Positions 38,801-50,800 of a DNA stretch of 64,000 nucleotides are shown here, piece by piece (the stretch's first letter is position 1; each line of letters starts with the position of its first letter). A program made the translations under genes and the position numbers. This DNA comes from Macrostomum lignano (lineage: Eukaryota), in assembly GCA_002269645.1 (NCBI GenBank), contig NIVC01000298.1, positions 1 to 64,000 on the forward strand. Reading direction: 5' to 3'. Below the pieces are notes generated by a model. It did no database searches, was not told where the DNA came from, and saw only the letters and a program-made list of their open reading frames with translations.

Positions 38801-41800
38801 CCAAATGATCCTCAACCATTGAGAATCGCCCACAATTCCCAAATGATCCTCAACCATTGAGAATCGCCCACAATTCCCAAATGATCCTCAACCATTGAGA
38901 ATCGCCCACAATTCCCAAATGATCCTCAACCATTGAGAATCGCCCACAATTCCCAAATGATCCTCAACCATTGAGAATCGCCCACAATTCCCAAATGATC
39001 CTCAACCATTGAGAATCGCCCACAATTCCCAAATGATCCTCAACCATTGAGAATCGCCCACAATTCCCAAATGATCCTCAACCATTGAGAATCGCCCACA
39101 ATTCCCAAATGATCCTCAACCATTGAGAATCGCCCACAATTCCCAAATGATCCTCAACCATTGAGAATCGCCCACAATTCCCAAATGATCCTCAACCATT
39201 GAGAATCGCCCACAATTCCCAAATGATCCTCAACCATTGAGAATCGCCCACAATTCCCAAATGATCCTCAACCATTGAGAATCGCCCACAATTCCCAAAT
39301 GATCCTCAACCATTGAGAATCGCCCACAATTCCCAAATGATCCTCAACCATTGAGAATCGCCCACAATTCCCAAATGATCCTCAACCATTGAGAATCGCC
39401 CACAATTCCCAAATGATCCTCAACCATTGAGAATCGCCCACAATTCCCAAATGATCCTCAACCATTGAGAATCGCCCACAATTCCCAAATGATCCTCAAC
39501 CATTGAGAATCGCCCACAATTCCCAAATGATCCTCAACCATTGAGAATCGCCCACAATTCCCAAATGATCCTCAACCATTGAGAATCGCCCACAATTCCC
39601 AAATGATCCTCAACCATTGAGAATCGCCCACAATTCCCAAATGATCCTCAACCATTGAGAATCGCCCACAATTCCCAAATGATCCTCAACCATTGAGAAT
39701 CGCCCACAATTCCCAAATGATCCTCAACCATTGAGAATCGCCCACAATTCCCAAATGATCCTCAACCATTGAGAATCGCCCACAATTCCCAAATGATCCT
39801 CAACCATTGAGAATCGCCCACAATTCCCAAATGATCCTCAACCATTGAGAATCGCCCACAATTCCCAAATGATCCTCAACCATTGAGAATCGCCCACAAT
39901 TCCCAAATGATCCTCAACCATTGAGAATCGCCCACAATTCCCAAATGATCCTCAACCATTGAGAATCGCCCACAATTCCCAAATGATCCTCAACCATTGA
40001 GAATCGCCCACAATTCCCAAATGATCCTCAACCATTGAGAATCGCCCACAATTCCCAAATGATCCTCAACCATTGAGAATCGCCCACAATTCCCAAATGA
40101 TCCTCAACCATTGAGAATCGCCCACAATTCCCAAATGATCCTCAACCATTGAGAATCGCCCACAATTCCCAAATGATCCTCAACCATTGAGAATCGCCCA
40201 CAATTCCCAAATGATCCTCAACCATTGAGAATCGCCCACAATTCCCAAATGATCCTCAACCATTGAGAATCGCCCACAATTCCCAAATGATCCTCAACCA
40301 TTGAGAATCGCCCACAATTCCCAAATGATCCTCAACCATTGAGAATCGCCCACAATTCCCAAATGATCCTCAACCATTGAGAATCGCCCACAATTCCCAA
40401 ATGATCCTCAACCATTGAGAATCGCCCACAATTCCCAAATGATCCTCAACCATTGAGAATCGCCCACAATTCCCAAATGATCCTCAACCATTGAGAATCG
40501 CCCACAATTCCCAAATGATCCTCAACCATTGAGAATCGCCCACAATTCCCAAATGATCCTCAACCATTGAGAATCGCCCACAATTCCCAAATGATCCTCA
40601 ACCATTGAGAATCGCCCACAATTCCCAAATGATCCTCAACCATTGAGAATCGCCCACAATTCCCAAATGATCCTCAACCATTGAGAATCGCCCACAATTC
40701 CCAAATGATCCTCAACCATTGAGAATCGCCCACAATTCCCAAATGATCCTCAACCATTGAGAATCGCCCACAATTCCCAAATGATCCTCAACCATTGAGA
40801 ATCGCCCACAATTCCCAAATGATCCTCAACCATTGAGAATCGCCCACAATTCCCAAATGATCCTCAACCATTGAGAATCGCCCACAATTCCCAAATGATC
40901 CTCAACCATTGAGAATCGCCCACAATTCCCAAATGATCCTCAACCATTGAGAATCGCCCACAATTCCCAAATGATCCTCAACCATTGAGAATCGCCCACA
41001 ATTCCCAAATGATCCTCAACCATTGAGAATCGCCCACAATTCCCAAATGATCCTCAACCATTGAGAATCGCCCACAATTCCCAAATGATCCTCAACCATT
41101 GAGAATCGCCCACAATTCCCAAATGATCCTCAACCATTGAGAATCGCCCACAATTCCCAAATGATCCTCAACCATTGAGAATCGCCCACAATTCCCAAAT
41201 GATCCTCAACCATTGAGAATCGCCCACAATTCCCAAATGATCCTCAACCATTGAGAATCGCCCACAATTCCCAAATGATCCTCAACCATTGAGAATCGCC
41301 CACAATTCCCAAATGATCCTCAACCATTGAGAATCGCCCACAATTCCCAAATGATCCTCAACCATTGAGAATCGCCCACAATTCCCAAATGATCCTCAAC
41401 CATTGAGAATCGCCCACAATTCCCAAATGATCCTCAACCATTGAGAATCGCCCACAATTCCCAAATGATCCTCAACCATTGAGAATCGCCCACAATTCCC
41501 AAATGATCCTCAACCATTGAGAATCGCCCACAATTCCCAAATGATCCTCAACCATTGAGAATCGCCCACAATTCCCAAATGATCCTCAACCATTGAGAAT
41601 CGCCCACAATTCCCAAATGATCCTCAACCATTGAGAATCGCCCACAATTCCCAAATGATCCTCAACCATTGAGAATCGCCCACAATTCCCAAATGATCCT
41701 CAACCATTGAGAATCGCCCACAATTCCCAAATGATCCTCAACCATTGAGAATCGCCCACAATTCCCAAATGATCCTCAACCATTGAGAATCGCCCACAAT

Positions 41801-44800
41801 TCCCAAATGATCCTCAACCATTGAGAATCGCCCACAATTCCCAAATGATCCTCAACCATTGAGAATCGCCCACAATTCCCAAATGATCCTCAACCATTGA
41901 GAATCGCCCACAATTCCCAAATGATCCTCAACCATTGAGAATCGCCCACAATTCCCAAATGATCCTCAACCATTGAGAATCGCCCACAATTCCCAAATGA
42001 TCCTCAACCATTGAGAATCGCCCACAATTCCCAAATGATCCTCAACCATTGAGAATCGCCCACAATTCCCAAATGATCCTCAACCATTGAGAATCGCCCA
42101 CAATTCCCAAATGATCCTCAACCATTGAGAATCGCCCACAATTCCCAAATGATCCTCAACCATTGAGAATCGCCCACAATTCCCAAATGATCCTCAACCA
42201 TTGAGAATCGCCCACAATTCCCAAATGATCCTCAACCATTGAGAATCGCCCACAATTCCCAAATGATCCTCAACCATTGAGAATCGCCCACAATTCCCAA
42301 ATGATCCTCAACCATTGAGAATCGCCCACAATTCCCAAATGATCCTCAACCATTGAGAATCGCCCACAATTCCCAAATGATCCTCAACCATTGAGAATCG
42401 CCCACAATTCCCAAATGATCCTCAACCATTGAGAATCGCCCACAATTCCCAAATGATCCTCAACCATTGAGAATCGCCCACAATTCCCAAATGATCCTCA
42501 ACCATTGAGAATCGCCCACAATTCCCAAATGATCCTCAACCATTGAGAATCGCCCACAATTCCCAAATGATCCTCAACCATTGAGAATCGCCCACAATTC
42601 CCAAATGATCCTCAACCATTGAGAATCGCCCACAATTCCCAAATGATCCTCAACCATTGAGAATCGCCCACAATTCCCAAATGATCCTCAACCATTGAGA
42701 ATCGCCCACAATTCCCAAATGATCCTCAACCATTGAGAATCGCCCACAATTCCCAAATGATCCTCAACCATTGAGAATCGCCCACAATTCCCAAATGATC
42801 CTCAACCATTGAGAATCGCCCACAATTCCCAAATGATCCTCAACCATTGAGAATCGCCCACAATTCCCAAATGATCCTCAACCATTGAGAATCGCCCACA
42901 ATTCCCAAATGATCCTCAACCATTGAGAATCGCCCACAATTCCCAAATGATCCTCAACCATTGAGAATCGCCCAAATTCCCAAATGATCCCCATTGAGAA
43001 TGCCCACATTCCAAATTCCTAACCATTGGAAGAATTCCCAAATTTATTCAACATTGGATGTATCATTCGGTGATTTTTTGTGTATGGTTATATTAAGTAG
43101 ATGCATAGCAACATTGGATGACATTCAAAAGTAGCTATTATTACCTGATTTCACTTGGTAGCTTTATTATTATTGTTACATTACATTTGTTAAAATCAGT
43201 TTCGTACATTGACCAGTAGTTTATATGGCTTGAAGCCTAATGTTTAATCTTGCTGCGCAATTCAATAAATTTATATACGAGTACATGTATATTATAGTAA
43301 AGCTTTTATGTTGCCAATGCTCCTGCAACTGCTGTGTGAATCCACTGACTGTCAGCTGCGTTGTCTGTGCATTTTCCTGGGTGTGCTTTCTCTCACCGAC
43401 TCCTCCTATCTCTCCGCTCCCTACCTCTCTTTACCCCCGCTGTCTACCTCTCTCTACCTCCTATCTACCTTTCTTCATCCCCTATCTAACTCTACCTATC
43501 TACCTCTCTTTAGCCCCTTATCTACGTCTCGTTACTCCCTATCTACTTCTCTTTAGCCCCGAACTACCTCTCTTCACCCCCTCTATCTACTTCTCGTTAC
43601 CCCTTATCTACCTCTCTTTACCTCTTATCTACCCCTTTTTACCCTCTATCTACCTCTGTTTAGCCCCTATCTACCTCTTTTTAGCCCCTATCTACCTCTT
43701 TTTAGCCCCTATCTACCTTTATTTACCCCTCTACCCCTCTTTACCCTCTATCTACCTCTCTTCGCCCACCCTATCTACCCCCCCTTTACCTCCCTCTAAC
43801 CCCTCTAAAACTCCATTTTCTCCACCTTTACTATCTATCTTCTTCCCTCTCTATCACCGATCATGTCTGTAATGAAAATCTCTCACTCGATTATAATTCA
43901 GTTACTTAACGCTTATCCGTAATAATTTATCCAAAACGTTTTGTGTTTGTTTCTCTTTAGCTTCCTGGTCTCCTTCCTGGTTGACGCTCGCGGCGGCGCC
44001 ATGAACGGCAGCCGGTTCCCCGGCCTGCGCATCGTGATCCCGCCCAATGCGGCCTCGGCCCCCACCCGCATCACTTGCCGGCTGATGCGCCAGGGCCGAG
44101 TCTCCCGACCGCCGCAGTTCAACGACGGCGAAGGCCTCGCCTGTCGCGTCATCGAGATGGGCCCTAGCAACGCTACTTTCAATAGCAACGTACTGATCGA
44201 GGTGCCGCATTTTGCTTCAATGCGCGATCGAGAACGCGAAATCGTTGTACTGCGTTCGGACAACGGCGAAACCTGGAAGGAGCACACCGTCGAAGTCACC
44301 GAACAGTCTGTTATCGACGCTGTCGGCGGCGCATTTGGCTCGATGCCAACTAACGACGATTTGCGCAAGAAACGAATCGTGCGAATTCTAACTAACAGCT
44401 TTCCGCAGTATTTTGCCCTGGTTACTAGGATTCGGCAGGAGAGCGCTCTGATTGGTCCGGAGGGTGGCGTCATCTCGTCTACTGTGATTGGACAGGTGGG
44501 GTTTCATCTCCAAATTAGCTTTAGCGTGCTTTTTTTAAAATACGTTTCCTGGAAATTGGTTGTCCTGTCTTACTACTTACAGTAGTTTTAATCTTAGTTA
44601 TAACACGGTGTACAGATTATAGTAATAATGGACATTTAGGCGATATCTAAAGATAGTAGGCATCTAAGTATTTAAAGGTTAGAGACAGTGAGCAACCATC
44701 TATAGACAATAAGCATGATCTACATGTAGAGATAATGGACATCTAGGCATCTAGATATAGTAGACATATGGGCATCTAGAGATGGTGGACATCTAGGCAT

Positions 44801-47800
44801 CTAGAGATAGTAGACATATGGGCATCTAGAGATGGTGGACATATAGGCATCTAGAGATTGTGGACATCTAGAGATAGTGGATATCTAGGCATCTAGAGAT
44901 AGTGGACATCTAGGCATCTAGCGATGGTGGACATCTAGGAATCTAGAGATGGTGGACATCTAGGCATCTAGAGATGGTGGACATCTAGGCATCTAGAGAT
45001 GGTGGACATATGGGCATCTAGAGATGGTGGACATCTAGGCATCTAGAGATGGTGGACATCTAGGCATCTAGTGATGGTGGACATCTAGAAATCTAGTGAT
45101 GGTGGACATCTAGGAATCTAGTGATGGTGGACATCTAGGCATCTAGCGATAGTGAACATCTAGGAATCTAGTGATGGTGGACATCTAGGCATCTAGAGAT
45201 GATGAACATTTTGACATCTATAGCTTCTAGAGACAGTAAAACATCCAGTGATGCTGAGCACTTAGGGCTAAGCATCAAGACAGGTGTCTAGAGACAGTAG
45301 ACATCTATTCGATATCTAGCAAACTCATCTCCAGATGTCCACACAGATATAATCTTTCTGTGATTTTTTCAGCATAAACTCGCATACAGTAGACACTTTC
45401 TACTTTACTACTTAAAACTCCAGTAGGCAGTAGTGCACAATCTGAACGCGCTCCGCCCACCCTCGCGTCGCTCCAATCCCAGGTGCAAGCCGTATTCCCG
45501 GAAAGCGCACTAACTAAGAAGATTCGCGTCGGCATTCAGGCCCTACCGGTGCCCACTGAACAGGTTAACCGGTTGCTAGGCAACCGAGTAGCCGTATCGC
45601 CCGTGGTTACTATCGAGCCGCGTAGGCGTAAATTCCACAAGCCGATCACTTTGACCATCCCGCTGCCCAAGCCGGCTACTCGGGGAATTACTAATCCGGG
45701 CGAGAGCCCCACCCTGCGCCTGCTGTGCAGCATCACGGGTGGTGTACAGCCGGCCACCTGGGAAGATATCACCGGTTCAACGCCTCTGTCCTACGTTAAA
45801 GACTGCGTCTCGTTTACTACTACGGTTAGCGCTCGGTTCTGGCTGATGGACTGTCCGAATACTACGGAATCGGCCGATATGGCCGGCAAGCTCTACAGGG
45901 ATGCCTTCCTGGTGCCCTATATGGGACGCTTCGTAATCTTTGCTAAACGGACCGAACAGGAGGAGGCTAAGCTGCGCTGCTTCTGCATCACCGATGATAA
46001 GGTAATGGTTATTGTAATATGTACTGTATACTCGTATACTGCGCGTAGAGTGGATAAAATGCATAGGAAGTCATAATAGATATAGAAAAAGGAGACATGC
46101 ATGTAGAGTGGTTTGAGAGTCGGATAAGGTGTGAGAATAAACAATTAAAGGCATGAGAAAGGATACGAAACTGTAACGGTAAATAACAAGTGAGAGTAGA
46201 TAAACATGTAAGAGTATATAGGGTAGTGTGAAAGTAGATACGGAGGTATGAGAGTAGATATCGGGGTATGAGAGTAGATATGGGAGTGTGAGAGTAGATA
46301 TGGGAGTGTAAGAGTAGACGCGGAGCTGTAAAGATGTGAGAGTAGACACGGAGAGTGAAGGTGTGAGAGTAGACGCGGAGCTGTGAAGGTGTGAGTATAG
46401 CGTTAGCTATAAAACGCTGTAGATAAGGTTTAAAAATAGACCGAACAAGCCTGGCCCAACTCGCAGGTGGACAAGACCCTGGAGTGCAACGAAGGCTTCG
46501 AGCGCAAAGCTGAATCGCGCGAAGTTGAAGTTCTGGATAGCAAGCCGCAGTGGATTGAAGGCGTCGGCAACCTGACTCCGACTAGTAAGAATGGCGACCA
46601 GCTGTTCCTGCCGTTCCGCGCCTTCAAGGAGAACCGGCTCGCTTTCCCGGTCAAGGTGGGTCTTTGGTATCTAATCTCATTGTTGTCTATCTAATGTCAC
46701 CCTAGTTAATCTAATCTCACCTTTGTTTATCAAATCTCGCTTATCTAATCTCCCCTAGTATCATACAGTCTCCTGTTTGCGTGATCTCACCCCTGCTCAT
46801 CTAATCTCACCGCCTTTAATAAAATCTCACAAATTTTTATCCCATTTCATTCCATGCGTTCATCTAGTCTTTCAGGAAAGACGATCATCCAATCTCATCC
46901 ATTTTTATCTATTTACCTCACTCTTGTGGCATTCAAACTCATTCCTTGTATCATCTAATCTCACCCCTTGTATCATATAAAACATATATGATCTCACTCT
47001 TGTATTATTTAATCTCACCCTTGTGTTATCTAATCACACCATTCTATCCTATGATCTCATCATTGTATCATCTAATCTCAACTGCAGATCAAGGATCCCA
47101 ACGAGCCAGCCATCGGCAAGATCGCCTTCCTGAAAGATCCCCGCCCTACTAAACCGACTGATAGTCCGTCGCTGAAGCCGATCTGCACCCTGGAGGTCCA
47201 GCTGCCAGATTACGTCAGCGACGGCTCGTCGCCGAAGCCGGACAAGAGCGCGGCCGACCAGCCGGAGCTGCTCAGCTTCACCACGGACAGGATTGCCCGG
47301 TCCGAGTTGGACTTGCGCGATCTGGCCGACTGCGTCCGGGCCGACTGGCCTATGCTGGCTAGGGAGCTGGGGGTTGGCCAGTCAGACATCACCAATGCTA
47401 AGGTTAATGCTAAGGCCTTTGTGATACACAGTTCGATGCAGATAGTGCCTAGGTCTCCCATTGTCTCTTTCTACCCTCTACCCCCTCTCCCTATCCCTCT
47501 CAATGTCCCCTCTTTCTCTCCCCCTTGTTCCCATGTCGAATCGACTATCAAACTTAAGCCTAAACTAAACCATAATTGCAATACTTTTATCACCGACACC
47601 TAAACCCTAACCATAACCATTACCATAACCTAAAACCTAATTCCTAAACCCTAACTAAACCCTAAAACCCAGTTTCTAAACCCTAGAAACGTAAACCTAG
47701 TTCCTAAACCTTAGAAACGGAAACCTAGTTCCTAAACCCTAGAACATAAACCTAGTTCCTAAACCCTAACTAAAACCTGAAACCAGAAACCTAATTCCTA

Positions 47801-50800
47801 AACCCGAAATAAAACCTAAAACCTAATTTCTAAACCCAAACTAAAACCTGAAACCTAATTCCTAAACCCTAACTAAAACCTGAAACCAGAAACCTAATTC
47901 CTAAACCCGAAATAGAACCTAAAACCTAATTTCTAAACCCAAACTAAAACCTGAAACCTAATTCCTAAACCCTAACTAAAACCTGAAACCAGAAACCTAA
48001 TTCCTAAACCCGAAATAAAACCTAAAACCTAATTTCTAAACCCAAACTAAAACCTGAAACCTAATTCCTAAATCCAAACTAAAACCTAAAACCTAATTCC
48101 TAAACCCAAACTAAAACCTGAAACCTAATTCCTAAACCCGCAATAAGACCTGAAACCTAATTCCTAAACCCAAACTAAAACCTGAAACCTAATTCCTAAA
48201 CCCGCAATAAGACCTGAAACCTAATTCCTAAACCCAAACTAAAACCTGAAACCTAATTCCTAAACCCAAACTAAAACCTAAAACCTAATTCCTAAACCCA
48301 AACTAAAACCTGAAACCTAATTCCTAAACGCAAACTAAAACCTGAAACCTAATTCCTAAACCCAAACTAAAACCTGAAACCTAATTCCTAAACCCAAACT
48401 AAAACCTGAAACCTAATTCCTAAATCCAAACTAAAACCTAAAACCTAATTCCTAAACCCAAACTAAAACCTGAAACCTAATTCCTAAACCCGCAATAAGA
48501 CCTGAAACCTAATTCCTAAACCCAAACTAAAACCTGAAACCTAATTCCTAAACCCGCAATAAGACCTGAAACCTAATTCCTAAACCCAAACTAAAACCTG
48601 AAACCTAATTCCTAAACCCAAACTAAAACCTAAAACCTAATTCCTAAACCCAAACTAAAACCTGAAACCTAATTCCTAAACGCAAACTAAAACCTGAAAC
48701 CTAATTCCTAAACCCAAACTAAAACCTGAAACCTAATTCCTAAACCCAAACTAAAACCTGAAACCTAATTCCTAAACCCAAACTAAAACCTGAAACCTAA
48801 TTCCTAAACCCAAACTAAAACCTGAAACCTAATTCCCTGCTCCGCTATCAACTCTCCCAGGTCAACTTCCGCGACGATCGCGACCGGGCATTCGCCGTGC
48901 TGTGCCAGTGGCAGCGCGAGCGCGGACCCGAGGCCACCGGCAACGACATGGAACGCGCCCTGCGCCGTATCGGCCGAGACGATGTGGTCAAGAAATGCAT
49001 GCGCAACGTCGAATACGTGGTCGGCGAAGACGAGAAGCGTCAGGCCAAGAGTCTGCTGGACAAGCAGGAGGCGGAGGACCGGCACAGCGGCAGCAATCGT
49101 TCCAGCCAGCCTCCCCTAGAAGATGTCGCCGACGACGAAGCCGGTGCCGGCGATTTCGTCAAGCCGAGCGTCGACGAGCGTCACGGGCCGCCGCCGCCGG
49201 CGAAATCCGAGGCCGAACAGGCCAAAGAGCGCGAGGTCAAGAGTGAAGCCTTCCTGAGCCTGATCGACTCTATGAACTCGATGACCCCGGAGCCGGAGGT
49301 GCACCTGCCGGCTAGCGATATGGAGGGTCAAGGTGAGGCCAGTGTTGTAGATTTATAGATCGTTCAAAATGTTTTTAATCGCTCTGTTTTCATTTTACTA
49401 GGTATGAAATTAGTTGATGCGATTTTAGCTCGTATATCAGCTTATATAAAATTAGCAATTGTGCAGCTCAATTTTATTGATTTTCAGTCTCCCTGATTAT
49501 CCCAAGTCTGTAACCCCGTGATCCTCAATCTGGAATCCCTAATATTTAATCCCCAATTCCCATGATCCTAAATTTGGAGTCCCCAATTTCCATGATCCCC
49601 AATCTGGAATCCTACGATCTTCAATTCCCCTGATCCCCAATCTGGAATCCTACGATCTTCAATTCCCATAATCCCCTATCTGGAATCCTACGATCTTCAA
49701 TTCCCCTGATCCCCAAGCTGGAATCCCATGATCACCAAGTCCCATAATCCCCAATCTGGAATCCTATGATCCCCAATCTGGAATCCTATGATCCACAATC
49801 TTGAATCCTATGATCCCCAACCTGGAATCCCATGCTCTCTAATCTGGAATCCCATGATCCCCAATCTGGAATCTTATGATCCCCAATCTAGAATCCCATG
49901 ATCCCCAACCTGGAATCCCATGCTGTCTAATCTGGAATCCCATGATCCCCAATCTGGAATCCCATGATCCCCAATCTGGAATCCCATGATCCCCAACCTG
50001 GAATCCCATGCTGTCTAATCTGGAATCCCATGATCCCCAATCTAGAATCCCATGATCCCCAACCTGGAATCCCATGCTGTCTAATCTGGAATCCCATGAT
50101 CCCCAACCTGGAATCTCATGATCCCCAATCTAGAATCCCATGATCCCCAACCTGGAATCCCATGCTCTCTAATCTGGAATCCCATGATCCCCAACCTGGA
50201 ATCCCAAATGATGCCTAATATAACCCTGTTTTGAGGATAAGAACAATCCTCGGCATTGATCCAGTCCTGTCGATTTAACAACGTTTTCGAATCTCCACTG
50301 GATCCTTCTCAACTTGAATTGCCCAATAATCCCCAATCAAACAACAAAGAAGCCGTACAAGAAGAGGACATTGCCGCTATTAGTCGCGAACCAGCTGTAG
50401 AAGACCCCGCAGCAGTTGAAGAGTTGCTAGGCAAATTGGACTCGTTGCCTGCCATGTCTATGGCGCCTGAGGGTGACGAAGGTTTGTACTACTATAAGTA
50501 GTAGAGCTATTGTCGCCTTTCGCTCGCTACATTGAGGGCGGTGCATCTTTCAGCTTTTATTTTCTTTGTAATTCAGTTCGATATTGATCTGTTGTGCAGT
50601 TTGTTTGTTTTTTTAGTTTTCGTTTATTGCCTTGGCGCTTTTCATTCTGTTATAACGGACTAATTTTTGCTACTCTTCAGGACAGTAGCGTCTTAGACGT
50701 GTCTATCACTATCTCACCCTCACCTGTCTCCCTCTCAACCTCTCTGATGTCTCCCTCAGCCTCTCTGCTGTCTCCCTCAGCCTCTCTGCTGTCTCCCTCT

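Noticed and set aside
26967-43055. CRISPR array (38-bp palindromic repeat)
   Set aside because: Units are head-to-tail with no spacers, there are no cas genes, and the context is a spliceosomal intron.
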